In this document: positions 36,464 to 45,413 of the stretch, piece by piece | Layout: the number at the start of each line of letters is the position of its first letter | How positions within the stretch are numbered: position 1 is the first letter of the stretch | Assembly (NCBI GenBank): GCA_041650995.1 | Contig: JBAZJZ010000003.1 | Coordinates: 22,662-86,661 of the forward strand | DNA from: Patescibacteria group bacterium | GTDB lineage: Bacteria; Patescibacteriota; Patescibacteriia; XYB2-FULL-38-15 | DNA: 64,000 bases | Direction of reading: 5' to 3' | The notes under the pieces: model-generated | Database searches by the model: none | What the model was told of the DNA's origin: nothing | The model's input: only the letters and a program-made list of their open reading frames with translations | Program-made: the position numbers and the translations under genes

Positions 36464-36494
36464 TTCTGCCGATTTTGCGAGATAATTTATAGAT
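36460..36494 (+). promoter_or_regulatory. Sigma70-like promoter TTGACT-17 nt-GATAAT
   Basis: Consensus-like hexamers upstream of the 36515 small membrane ORF. Confidence 0.4.
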
Positions 36495-36514
36495 AAGAAT
36501 ATTAATTTTGAATT

Positions 36515-36766
36515 ATGAATTACGTGCAAATTCTCCAAATCACTTCTATCGCGCTTGAGGGGTTGGTCGCCCTTATTTCTGCCGTAGCCGCGTTTCGAGG
36601 CCGTTCATATATGTACGGCTTTGCTTTCACCTTCGCGATCTATGTTTTTTATGACTTGGCCAAACTTTACGGCTGGGGCGTTCCTCAAAACGCGCTATCC
36701 ATAATTTTCTTTGTTGCCACACTTTCGGCTCTGGCCTCGGTTTGGCGGATTTCAAAAAGGAGATGA
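36515..36766 (+). CDS. Small membrane protein (83 aa)
   Basis: Three hydrophobic segments. Confidence 0.35.
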   Translation: MNYVQILQITSIALEGLVALISAVAAFRGRSYMYGFAFTFAIYVFYDLAKLYGWGVPQNALSIIFFVATLSALASVWRISKRR

Positions 36767-36805
36767 TTGAATAACAAGTAATTGGAAATTGTAAGTTATT
36801 TTATA

Positions 36806-37330
36806 ATGTTTCAAAAGTTAGATAAATATTTCAAACGCCCGATAGGTTTGATTTTGATTGTTCTTTACAAGGGTGTTTGGGGTCTTGTGGAAATTATTTT
36901 AGGAATCCTTGCTCTGATTTTCAGTTCTCTGATCCGCCACGCGGCGGCGAGCGATTTTATTCGCGGTCTGATCGCCCGGGGAATCGCCGAAGATCCGCAA
37001 GGGATTTTTATTAATTGGCTTGCGGCCCATGATCCAAGCGGAATTTTACAAAAATCAATTTCTTTGGGGTTGGGCCTTATAATTTTGGGCGTGATTGATT
37101 TGGCCATTGCTATTGCCGTTTGGTTCCGTTCTTGGTTTGTCCGGGACATTGGTATTGTTTTTTTCTCCGGAGTGGCGATTTATGGCATTGCCTCGCTCGC
37201 GATTAATTTTTCTTTTTTTAAACTTTTAGCCGTCGTTTTAAATATCTCCATTCTTTTTTATTTCTGGCAGATGTTGCCAAAACATTTGGGGCAGAGAGGT
37301 AAAAGAGCAGTGAATAATAATTCTAATTAA
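36806..37330 (+). CDS. Integral membrane protein (about 174 aa)
   Basis: 4 TM. First ATG at 36806; the track start is TTG. Confidence 0.4.
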   Translation: MFQKLDKYFKRPIGLILIVLYKGVWGLVEIILGILALIFSSLIRHAAASDFIRGLIARGIAEDPQGIFINWLAAHDPSGILQKSISLGLGLIILGVIDLAIAIAVWFRSWFVRDIGIVFFSGVAIYGIASLAINFSFFKLLAVVLNISILFYFWQMLPKHLGQRGKRAVNNNSN

Positions 37331-37356
37331 TTTTTTAAAATTTAACTAACACGCGT

Positions 37357-38496
37357 ATGCGAAATAAATTTTTTGTATGCCTGGCAATTGTGGTCATGAT
37401 TTTGGTCGCCTCCCCGATTGGCGCGGCGGAATTTAAAGCCGGCGAAGAATTTGCCTTAGGTAAAGACAAAACAATTTCCGACAATCTTTATACTGTCGGA
37501 AATAACGTAATTTTGAGCGGAGTAGTCGAGGGAGATTTTCTCGCGGCGGGAGGGACAATCCTTTTTACCGGTGAAGTGGTAGAGGATTTAGCAGTGGCAG
37601 GAGGAACAGTGAGTTTGATTGGTTTGGTTGGGGGAGATATTCGGGTTATGGGCGGAACGGTGATGGTTGGCGCGGCAGTAGCCGGAGAGGCGATTGCGAT
37701 AGGCGGCCAGGTAAGCGTGTCGGAAGAGGCGACTTTTGGAAAGGACGTAACTTTGGCCGGTGGAATGGTAACTTTTTCCGGTGAGACAAAAAGCGGCCTT
37801 AAAATTTATGGTGATGAAGCGGTTATTAATGGAAAAGTTTCCGGAAATGTTTTTGCGAAAATTAGAAAATTAACGATTGGTCCCGACGCGGAAATTTCGG
37901 GCTCGCTTTCTTATGAGGCGATGGAAGAAGCTAAGATTGATCCGGCGGCTGTGATTGGTGGAGCAGTTGATTTTAAAAAAACTGAAATTCAAAAAGGGGA
38001 AGATAAAGAGGCAATCTGGGGATTTCTCTTTGGAGTTTGGTTTTTGAAATTTTTGTCAATCCTTTTGGTCGGCCTGCTTCTTTACTGGATTTTTCAGCGT
38101 CAGACAAAAGAATTTGTTAAAAGGAATTTGGAAGAGTTCGGCTGGGATTTATTGCGCGGCGCAGCCATGGCGATTTGTTTGCCGATCGCGGCGATTATTT
38201 CTTTCATCACGATAATCGGCGGCGTGCTTGGCGCGGGCGGATTGCTTTTATATTTTTTCCTCATGATTTTAAGTCCAGCCTTGGGGGGTATGGCATTTGG
38301 AAGTTTGATTTGGAAGCTTTTCTCAAAAAAGAAAGAATTCAATTTTAATTGGAAAACAGTTGTGGTTGGTATTGCGTTGATGAGTTTAATTGGATTGATT
38401 CCTGTTCTTGGTTGGGTTTTTTGTCTTGTTTTCGGCGTGGCCGCTTTCGGCGGTTTGTGGGTAGCGCTTAGAATGATGTTTTTAGAGAAAAAATAA
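37357..38496 (+). CDS. Membrane protein with secreted bactofilin-like beta-helix repeat domain and C-terminal TM segments
   Basis: Signal peptide. Repeats of G(G/D)x(I/V)xVxG(G/E)VxGD type in LAAGGTILFTGEVVEDLAVAGGTVSLIGLVGGDIRVMGGTV. Four C-terminal TM helices. Confidence 0.4.
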   Translation: MRNKFFVCLAIVVMILVASPIGAAEFKAGEEFALGKDKTISDNLYTVGNNVILSGVVEGDFLAAGGTILFTGEVVEDLAVAGGTVSLIGLVGGDIRVMGGTVMVGAAVAGEAIAIGGQVSVSEEATFGKDVTLAGGMVTFSGETKSGLKIYGDEAVINGKVSGNVFAKIRKLTIGPDAEISGSLSYEAMEEAKIDPAAVIGGAVDFKKTEIQKGEDKEAIWGFLFGVWFLKFLSILLVGLLLYWIFQRQTKEFVKRNLEEFGWDLLRGAAMAICLPIAAIISFITIIGGVLGAGGLLLYFFLMILSPALGGMAFGSLIWKLFSKKKEFNFNWKTVVVGIALMSLIGLIPVLGWVFCLVFGVAAFGGLWVALRMMFLEKK

Positions 38497-38582
38497 AAAA
38501 AGTTAAAAATAAAATAAAAAAATTGTCACTCCCGGGCGGCATCGGTGTTGATTTTTGGCGAATATTCTAAAAGTTAAGTTTG

Positions 38583-38591
38583 TGTTATAAT
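38583..38591 (+). promoter_or_regulatory. Extended -10 element TGTTATAAT
   Basis: Perfect TGn-TATAAT 45 nt upstream of the SOR start. Strong RBS AAAGGAGAA at 38623. Confidence 0.4.
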
Positions 38592-38635
38592 AAACCAAAA
38601 TAAGACGCGTCGCAGAGCGATAAAAAGGAGAAAAT

Positions 38636-38944
38636 ATGGAGATTCAAAAAATGAAAGATTTTATGAATCCGACTGAGCTTGAGCAAAAACATACGCCGGT
38701 CATTGAACGAGTGGGAACCGGAGGGGAAGTTTTTGTTCGGGTCGGGCTTGTGCCGCATCCAATGGAAGAGGGGCATCATATTATGTGGATTGAGCTTTAC
38801 CGAAATAAGGCGCTGGTGGAACGAAAAAATCTTGAAGTCGGCAAGCGTGCCGAGGCAGTTTTTGAAATTCCGGATTTAAAACCGGAAGACATTCTTGTGG
38901 CTCGGGAGGAATGCAATATCCATGGGTTGTGGGAAAGCGTTTAA
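38636..38944 (+). CDS. sor: Superoxide reductase (neelaredoxin / desulfoferrodoxin Fe-centre II domain)
   Basis: EQKHTPVIE...HPMEEGHHIMWIEL...CNIHGLWES: the His/Cys ligand pattern of 1Fe-SOR. Confidence 0.75.
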   Translation: MEIQKMKDFMNPTELEQKHTPVIERVGTGGEVFVRVGLVPHPMEEGHHIMWIELYRNKALVERKNLEVGKRAEAVFEIPDLKPEDILVAREECNIHGLWESV

Positions 38945-39014
38945 ACAGTTTATGGTTCACGGTTAAAAGTTCATAGACTTTTGTACTCTATGAACTAATA
39001 ACTATTAACTCAAT

Positions 39015-39251
39015 ATGGAATTTTTGACGACAGTGCCGATTCTTTTTGGCCGCCCGGCGAATATTTGGCTGGGCATTATCTTGGGCGCGCTTTTATTATT
39101 CCAAATTTATCTCGGCATAATGATGACGCGCCGCGGCAGGATGAATCTTTTAAAGCTTCATAGGATCAACGCGATGTTGCTTTTAATCGCTGTTTTTTTT
39201 CACGCTTATTGGGGTTTGGGGATTTGGTTTTTTAATTTTACAATTAAATAA
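39015..39251 (+). CDS. Small membrane protein (78 aa)
   Basis: Two TM segments. Confidence 0.3.
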   Translation: MEFLTTVPILFGRPANIWLGIILGALLLFQIYLGIMMTRRGRMNLLKLHRINAMLLLIAVFFHAYWGLGIWFFNFTIK

Positions 39252-39256
39252 ATTTT

Positions 39257-39700
39257 ATGAAGAAAATTAATTTTATCATTTTTATTTTGGCGATTTTAGT
39301 TTTGGCGGGCGCGGGCTGTTATGGAGCATCACCCAATTTGACACCCGATACTAACGCGCCGGCTGCTAATGTTCCAGCGACAAATAATATTACGCCAACA
39401 AATGAAAATATTATTCCGCCGTCAGTCAACGTGGAACAACCAACCGGAGAAACTCCTAAAACGGCCACGGTTGTGATCCAGGATTACTCTTTTAATCCGC
39501 CGAGCGTGACCATTGCCGCGGGCGGCGAAGTAACGTGGACAAATAGCGATTTGGTAAATCATACCGTGACCGGCGAGGATTGGGGTAGCGAACTTTTTGG
39601 CAAAGACCGAAGTTTTACCAAAAAATTTGAAACGCCTGGAGTTTACCCATATCATTGCGCACCTCATCCGAATATGACTGGCAGAGTGGTTGTAAAATAA
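39257..39700 (+). CDS. Cupredoxin (blue copper) lipoprotein
   Basis: Signal peptide with LAGAGC lipobox. Type-1 Cu ligands His (NHTV) and C-x2-H-x2-M in YHCAPHPNM. Confidence 0.65.
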   Translation: MKKINFIIFILAILVLAGAGCYGASPNLTPDTNAPAANVPATNNITPTNENIIPPSVNVEQPTGETPKTATVVIQDYSFNPPSVTIAAGGEVTWTNSDLVNHTVTGEDWGSELFGKDRSFTKKFETPGVYPYHCAPHPNMTGRVVVK

Positions 39701-39713
39701 TTTGAAAAATCGT

Positions 39714-40502
39714 ATGGCTCAAAAAATGTGGGTCTGTAATAATTGCGGTTTTATTCACTCCGGTGATAAGCCGCCAAAAAATTGCCCGCGATGCGGTTCG
39801 GAAGCGGAGGAATTTGATTTGATGCCGGTTAAGCCTTCTTTCGAACGCGCCAAAGTTTTGAAACCCACAGATTATTTGATTATTAATGGTTCAAAACATC
39901 GCGCTCATAACACCCGTCTCTTCACGGATATGGTTGCTGAAGTTTTCCGGGAGCAAAAAAAATCGTATCAAGTGATAAATTTGTGCGAATACAGGGTTGA
40001 TATGTGTTGGCATTGTTACTCCATGTTTCAAAATCTTTGCCATGACCCTTGTCAAAATCAGGACGATGACATGAAATATTTTTATCCTTTGCTCAAAAAG
40101 TGCAAGGGATTTATCATTGTCTCTCCGATAAATTGGAATAATATGTCGGCGCTTTTGAAACATTTTCTGGATCGATTGACCGCGGTGCAAAATATGTTTT
40201 TAGTAAATGGCACAACACCAATGCTCGGAAAAACTTGTGGCATAATTATAAACGGCCACGAAGATGGCGCTTACAAAACGGCGTTTGATATTATGATGTA
40301 TCTGCAAAATTTAGGTTGTGTGCTAGCGCCGTACGGGATTACTTATACAACGCACGGAGCGCAATATAAAACCGAAGAAGATAAAAATTATTTTGCGAAA
40401 GACAAGCGGGCTCGCGAATTTGTCCGGGCGGTAGCAAATAATGTGATAAAATTTTCCGAGGTAAAATTTGATTATAGAAAAATTATTCCGTCGGCAGAAT
40501 AA
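39714..40502 (+). CDS. Rubredoxin-like domain fused to flavodoxin-like / NADPH-dependent FMN reductase-like domain
   Basis: N-terminal WVCNNCGFIH...NCPRCG (rubredoxin-type CxxC x2). C-terminal IIVSPINWNNMSALLKHFLDR (flavodoxin-like fold). ATG at 39714; the track start is TTG. Confidence 0.5.
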   Translation: MAQKMWVCNNCGFIHSGDKPPKNCPRCGSEAEEFDLMPVKPSFERAKVLKPTDYLIINGSKHRAHNTRLFTDMVAEVFREQKKSYQVINLCEYRVDMCWHCYSMFQNLCHDPCQNQDDDMKYFYPLLKKCKGFIIVSPINWNNMSALLKHFLDRLTAVQNMFLVNGTTPMLGKTCGIIINGHEDGAYKTAFDIMMYLQNLGCVLAPYGITYTTHGAQYKTEEDKNYFAKDKRAREFVRAVANNVIKFSEVKFDYRKIIPSAE

Positions 40503-40519
40503 TAATTAACCTGAAAAAT

Positions 40520-40738
40520 ATGATCCAAGACAACCAGGAAAATTTTGATAAATGCGGTTGTGAGTCGTGTCCGAGCTACAATGCCTGCATGCGCGGGGGC
40601 AATCAAAAACTTTTTTGTGGCAAAGACAAAAGTTCTTGCGAAGTTCCCATGAAAGGATGCACTTGCATGAATTGCGTTGTGCATCGGGAAAATAATCTTA
40701 CGTCGGGGTATTATTGTTTAAAAGGAAAAGAAGAATAA
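40520..40738 (+). CDS. Cys-rich small protein (72 aa, 10 Cys; DUF2769-like)
   Basis: CGCESCPSYNAC...C...C...CTCMNC. Located inside the redox cluster. Confidence 0.35.
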   Translation: MIQDNQENFDKCGCESCPSYNACMRGGNQKLFCGKDKSSCEVPMKGCTCMNCVVHRENNLTSGYYCLKGKEE

Positions 40739-40760
40739 TTTAATTTTTAATTTTATTTTT

Positions 40761-40928
40761 ATGGCAGTAAAAAACATCGGAGAAAAATATCGCTGCAATG
40801 TTTGCGGAAACGAAACAACTGTCACGGAAGTTGGTGGAGGGACTTTGGTTTGTTGTGAAGAAGAGATGGAATTAATGGAAGAAGCGGGAAGCGAAGAAGA
40901 AGGGGAATCGGAAGAAGAAAAAATTTAA
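40761..40928 (+). CDS. Desulforedoxin-like small protein (55 aa)
   Basis: KYRCNVCGNETTVTEVGGGTLVCCEEEM matches the desulforedoxin C-x2-C...CC Fe(Cys)4 motif. Acidic tail. Below the ORF-track size cutoff. Confidence 0.5.
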   Translation: MAVKNIGEKYRCNVCGNETTVTEVGGGTLVCCEEEMELMEEAGSEEEGESEEEKI

Positions 40929-40948
40929 CAACAGTTTAAATTTTTGAT

Positions 40949-41509
40949 ATGTCCAAAACTCAAGAAAATTTACGAAAAGCATTTGCCGGAGAAGCGATGG
41001 CTCGCGATAAATATACTTTCTTTGCGAAGAAAGCGCGCGAGGAAGGCTTTGAGGGAATTGCCAGAATTTTTGAAGAAACGGCAGACAACGAACGGGCGCA
41101 CGCCGAGCGCGAAATTAGTTTTATGAAAGGTGAAGTGACCACAAGTTTTCTAAATTATGGTGTGGCGGAGGTCGGCAGCACGGCGGAAAATTTGGAAGCA
41201 GCGGCGGCCGGAGAACATTGGGAGTGGAATGAAATGTATCCCGGTTTTGAAAAAATCGCCCGCGAAGAAGGAGAAAATGAAATTGCCGACATGTTCAAAG
41301 AAATCGCCGAAGTTGAGGAGCAGCATGAAAAAAGATATCAGATTATTTTGGCAAAAGTGAAAGAAAAAATGGTTTTCAAAACCGAGCAGCCGATTCGTTG
41401 GAAATGTTTAAATTGCGGTTATATTCACGAAGGGCCCGAAGCGCCGGCCAAGTGCCCAGCCTGCGGCAAGCCCCGCGCTTACTACGAACCGTGGTGTCAG
41501 AATTATTAA
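40949..41509 (+). CDS. rbr: Rubrerythrin (ferritin-like diiron domain plus C-terminal rubredoxin-like domain)
   Basis: E...ExxH diiron motifs (EETADNERAHAE, EVEEQHE) and WKCLNCGY...CPACG. Confidence 0.8.
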   Translation: MSKTQENLRKAFAGEAMARDKYTFFAKKAREEGFEGIARIFEETADNERAHAEREISFMKGEVTTSFLNYGVAEVGSTAENLEAAAAGEHWEWNEMYPGFEKIAREEGENEIADMFKEIAEVEEQHEKRYQIILAKVKEKMVFKTEQPIRWKCLNCGYIHEGPEAPAKCPACGKPRAYYEPWCQNY

Positions 41510-41530
41510 AGTAAAAATTTGATAAATAAA

Positions 41531-41565
41531 AAATCCGTCTGCCAAATTAGCGACGGATTTTTTGG
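41531..41565 (+). terminator. Rho-independent terminator
   Basis: AAATCCGTCtgccaaattagcGACGGATTT followed by TTTTG. Confidence 0.55.
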
Positions 41566-41639
41566 TGGGCGGCACAGGAGTCGAACCTGTGACCTTTACA
41601 ATGTCAATGTAACGCTCTAACCAGCTGAGCTAGCCGCCC
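41566..41639 (-). tRNA. tRNA-Val (anticodon GAC)
   Basis: Cloverleaf on the minus strand, anticodon loop TTGACAT, T-loop TTCGACT. Confidence 0.85.
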
Positions 41640-41665
41640 TCGGTATCTAGTAGTATTTTATACAA

Positions 41666-42823
41666 TTATTTTTTTAAAAGCAAATTCATTTTTATCTCTT
41701 CAATAATTTCTTTTTCCGCGTCAGTGAGTTTCATGCCCGTAAGACAGAATTGTTTGAAATCTTTTCCACCCTCGGCGGCGTGGGAAATCAGCCTATCGGC
41801 GGTGGCGCCTTTTAGGGACTTGATTAGACAGCAGATTTTTGTTTCGGGAGAATTAAGGTAAGGAATTTCATAAAAAAGAACAACAATATTCGCGTCAGGA
41901 GAATTGGCAATCAGCTCGTCGATTACTTCGGGCAATTCCTCAACTTCCGCACCGGAAGTTATAAAATCATCGCGCGTTAAGAGCGACCAGACTATTTTTG
42001 CCGACGGATCGTTTTTCAAACGCATTAAAACTCTGCCCCAGAGTTTTAGGGTACCTATTGTTTTTGTCTGATAAAGATTTTTGATAATTTCTTCGCGTCG
42101 GGCGCCGCGGGCGATGAGTTGTGAAGCGATGCCCAAAGTTCTTGGCGTGACATTTGGAGATTTGAAACTTCTGGTTTTAGAAATCATTCCTGCCAAAAGT
42201 AGTGTGGCGATTTCTTCATCAATCAAACGCGGGTCAAGCGATTCTAAAAAGTTGAAAAGAGTTTCCGCGGTGGAAGTGGAATTCATTTCCACGAGATTAA
42301 TTTGGCCGAATTGTTCGTTGGAAGGACTATGGTCAATATTTACGACCGGCGTGCGATAGAAAAAATCTGAATTTTGTTGATAAACATTTCCCAACGATTC
42401 AAGATCCGGCGTATCGAGAACGACGGCGAGATCGTAGCGGTAATCGGAAAGAGCGGTGGAAATATTTTTAGCGTCAATATTTTTTTCTTCCGGCGCGACA
42501 AAAATATTTAATTTGTTTCCCTGCATTTCATAATGTAGATCGCCGATTCGGTTTTCGGCCACGTCCAAGCTGATAATTAATTTTCTTAAATTATTGATAG
42601 TCGGTTTGATGGCGCCGACTTCAGGAAGAAAGGTGAATTTTTTCGGTGCGGAAAAACCATCAGAAGCAACGTCAACCATTGGTTTTCCGAGTTTTTTTAA
42701 AACGGAACGCAAAGCTAAACTAGTGGCGACGGCATCGCCGCTCCAGTTTTTGCGGAAAGCAATCAAGGGATGACTGCTTTTTTGCATTGTTTCAAATATT
42801 TGTTGGTTTAGGTTTAACGCCAC
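41666..42823 (-). CDS. DHH-family phosphoesterase (NrnA-like nanoRNase / pAp phosphatase)
   Basis: DHH and DHHA1 architecture with NIDHSPSNEQFG. 385 aa. Confidence 0.55.
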   Translation of the reverse strand: MALNLNQQIFETMQKSSHPLIAFRKNWSGDAVATSLALRSVLKKLGKPMVDVASDGFSAPKKFTFLPEVGAIKPTINNLRKLIISLDVAENRIGDLHYEMQGNKLNIFVAPEEKNIDAKNISTALSDYRYDLAVVLDTPDLESLGNVYQQNSDFFYRTPVVNIDHSPSNEQFGQINLVEMNSTSTAETLFNFLESLDPRLIDEEIATLLLAGMISKTRSFKSPNVTPRTLGIASQLIARGARREEIIKNLYQTKTIGTLKLWGRVLMRLKNDPSAKIVWSLLTRDDFITSGAEVEELPEVIDELIANSPDANIVVLFYEIPYLNSPETKICCLIKSLKGATADRLISHAAEGGKDFKQFCLTGMKLTDAEKEIIEEIKMNLLLKK

Positions 42824-42973
42824 AAGTGCTTCTTTAAGCTAAAAATTTAATTAGTATAGTAGTATAGTTTAAGGTTAAGATAGTGTCAATTGTGCATAAG
42901 ATTGTTATTTTAAGGTTTTTTTGTTAGAATAAAGGAATTAAAATCAGTTAAATTTGGCAATATTTGTTTATTT

Positions 42974-45409
42974 ATGCCAGAGCTAGAGAAAGCTTACAAT
43001 CCAAAGGCCGTGGAAGACGGGATTTACGAGAAATGGGAGAAATCTGGGTATTTTAATCCAGATAATTTATCGCGTCAAGGAAGGCCGTATTCCATTGTTA
43101 TGCCGCCGCCGAACGTCACTGGGACCTTGCATTTGGGCCATGCCGTGATGCTTGCGATTGAAGATATTTTGATTCGCTATCACAGGATGCGGGGTGATAG
43201 AACTTTATGGCTCCCGGGCACGGATCACGCGGCTATTGCCACTCAAACCAAAGTGGAAAAAATTTTAAAAGAACGAGAAGGAAAAACCCGCCATGATTTG
43301 GGCCGGGAAAAATTTTTAGCTGAAGTGGATAAATTTATCACGAGTACAAAAAGCACCATAAAAAATCAGATTCGGAAAATGGGGTCGTCTTGCGATTGGT
43401 CGCGCGAAGCGTATACATTAGACGAGCCCCGTTCGCGGGCGGTACGCACGGTTTTCAAAATGATGCATGACGACGGTTTAATTTATCGTGGCGAGCGGAT
43501 TGTGAATTGGTGCCCGGGATGCGGTTCAACTTTGGCTGATGATGAAGTGGAATATAAAACGCAAAAAGCTAAATTTTATACTTTTAAATATAGTAAAGAT
43601 TTTCCGTTTGCCATTGCGACGACCCGACCGGAAACAAAATTGGGCGACATGGCCGTGGCGGTTAATCCCGAAGACTCGCGTTATAAAAAATATGTTGGGA
43701 AAACATACGAGGTGAATTTTGTCGGCGTGCCATTGAAAATAAAAATTATTGCCGACCGGTCGATTGATATGGTTTTTGGCACAGGCGCGCTTGGCGTAAC
43801 GCCGGCTCACTCCACGGCCGACTGGCAGATGGCCGAGAAAAATGATTTGCCGATTATAAAAGTAATTGATGAACAAGGAAAAATCAGAGATGGTTTTACG
43901 GAATATTCCGGAAAATCCACGACCGCGGCGCGGGAGATGATTGTAGAAAAAATAAAAACCGCCGGACTTTTGGAAAAAGAAGAAGAAATAGAAAATAACT
44001 TATCAATTTGTTATCGTTGCGGCACGCCGGTTGAACCGTTGCCGTCGCTCCAGTGGTTTATTGATGTAAATAAAAAAATTAAAAAATATAAAAAATCTTT
44101 AAAGGAATTGTCACTTGAGGCGGTTAAAAAAGGTGTTTTTGGCCAGAAAAAGATAGAGATTATTCCCGAGCAATTTGAAAAAGTTTATTTTCATTGGATG
44201 GAAAATTTGCGCGACTGGTGCATTTCTCGCCAGATTTGGTTTGGCCATCGCGTCCCGGTTTGGTATAAAGAAAAAGAAATTTATGTTGGCATTGAGGCGC
44301 CGCAAGGTGAGGGTTGGACACAGGATCCAGATACGCTTGACACCTGGTTTTCCTCCGGGCTTTGGACTTTTTCAACTTTGGGCTGGCCGGAAAAAACAAA
44401 AGATTTGAAAAATTTTCATCCGACAGCAGTTTTGGAGACGGGTTATGACATTTTATTTTTCTGGATCGCGAGAATGATTTTGATGACGACTTATGTTTTG
44501 GGAGATATTCCTTTCAAAAACGTCTATCTGCACGGACTGGTCCGCGACGAGAAGGGTAAAAAAATGAGCAAGTCTCTCGGCAATATTATTGATCCATTAG
44601 ATATGATAGAAAAATACGGCACGGACGCGGTGCGCCTTTCTTTGGTGCTTGGCACTTCGCCGGGCAATGACATGAAATTGAGTGATGAAAAAATCGCTGG
44701 CTTCAGAAATTTTACGAATAAATTGTGGAACATATCACGTTATATATTAATGAATGTAAAGGATACAAGTATTGATACAAGGAACATAAAACCCAAAGAG
44801 AGGGCTGATAAATGGATTTTATATTACTTTAATGAACTTAAGAGCGATCAAGTCAAAAAGCATAAAGACTTTGGACAAGTTTCTGGGGGTGTAACGGGGA
44901 AATTAAACGTCTTTCAATTTTCTAACGCTGGTTTTGAACTGAGAAATTTTACATGGAGTCAGTTAGCTGATCACTATTTAGAAATGGCAAAGGGCAGAAA
45001 AGATAAAGTAAAAGACCAAATTTTGATATATATTTTGAAAGATTTATTGAAACTTTGGCACCCCTTTATGCCATTTGTGACAGAACATATTTGGCAAATG
45101 TTGGGTGAAAAAGAAATGCTTATTGTCCAAGAATGGCCCAAATTTGATAAGCGGTTTGAGAAATTTAAAAAAGAGGCAAAATTATTTGAGGACGAGATGC
45201 TTCTTGCTAATGCCGGTAAAGAAAAAATACGGTTGGAAAAAGAACTAGCAGAAGCGGAAAAATATTTAGGAATTTTAGAAAATAAATTATCTAATAAAGA
45301 ATTTCTCGCCAACGCGCCAAAAGAGTTGGTGGCTGGGGAAAAAGAAAAATTGGAATCGCAGAAAGAGAAAGTTCAAAAAATTAAAGATCAATTAAAAACT
45401 TTGTCATAA
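42974..45409 (+). CDS. valS: Valyl-tRNA synthetase
   Basis: PPPNVTGTLHLGHA, KMSKSLGN, C-terminal coiled coil. 811 aa. Confidence 0.9.
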   Translation: MPELEKAYNPKAVEDGIYEKWEKSGYFNPDNLSRQGRPYSIVMPPPNVTGTLHLGHAVMLAIEDILIRYHRMRGDRTLWLPGTDHAAIATQTKVEKILKEREGKTRHDLGREKFLAEVDKFITSTKSTIKNQIRKMGSSCDWSREAYTLDEPRSRAVRTVFKMMHDDGLIYRGERIVNWCPGCGSTLADDEVEYKTQKAKFYTFKYSKDFPFAIATTRPETKLGDMAVAVNPEDSRYKKYVGKTYEVNFVGVPLKIKIIADRSIDMVFGTGALGVTPAHSTADWQMAEKNDLPIIKVIDEQGKIRDGFTEYSGKSTTAAREMIVEKIKTAGLLEKEEEIENNLSICYRCGTPVEPLPSLQWFIDVNKKIKKYKKSLKELSLEAVKKGVFGQKKIEIIPEQFEKVYFHWMENLRDWCISRQIWFGHRVPVWYKEKEIYVGIEAPQGEGWTQDPDTLDTWFSSGLWTFSTLGWPEKTKDLKNFHPTAVLETGYDILFFWIARMILMTTYVLGDIPFKNVYLHGLVRDEKGKKMSKSLGNIIDPLDMIEKYGTDAVRLSLVLGTSPGNDMKLSDEKIAGFRNFTNKLWNISRYILMNVKDTSIDTRNIKPKERADKWILYYFNELKSDQVKKHKDFGQVSGGVTGKLNVFQFSNAGFELRNFTWSQLADHYLEMAKGRKDKVKDQILIYILKDLLKLWHPFMPFVTEHIWQMLGEKEMLIVQEWPKFDKRFEKFKKEAKLFEDEMLLANAGKEKIRLEKELAEAEKYLGILENKLSNKEFLANAPKELVAGEKEKLESQKEKVQKIKDQLKTLS

Positions 45410-45413
45410 ATTT

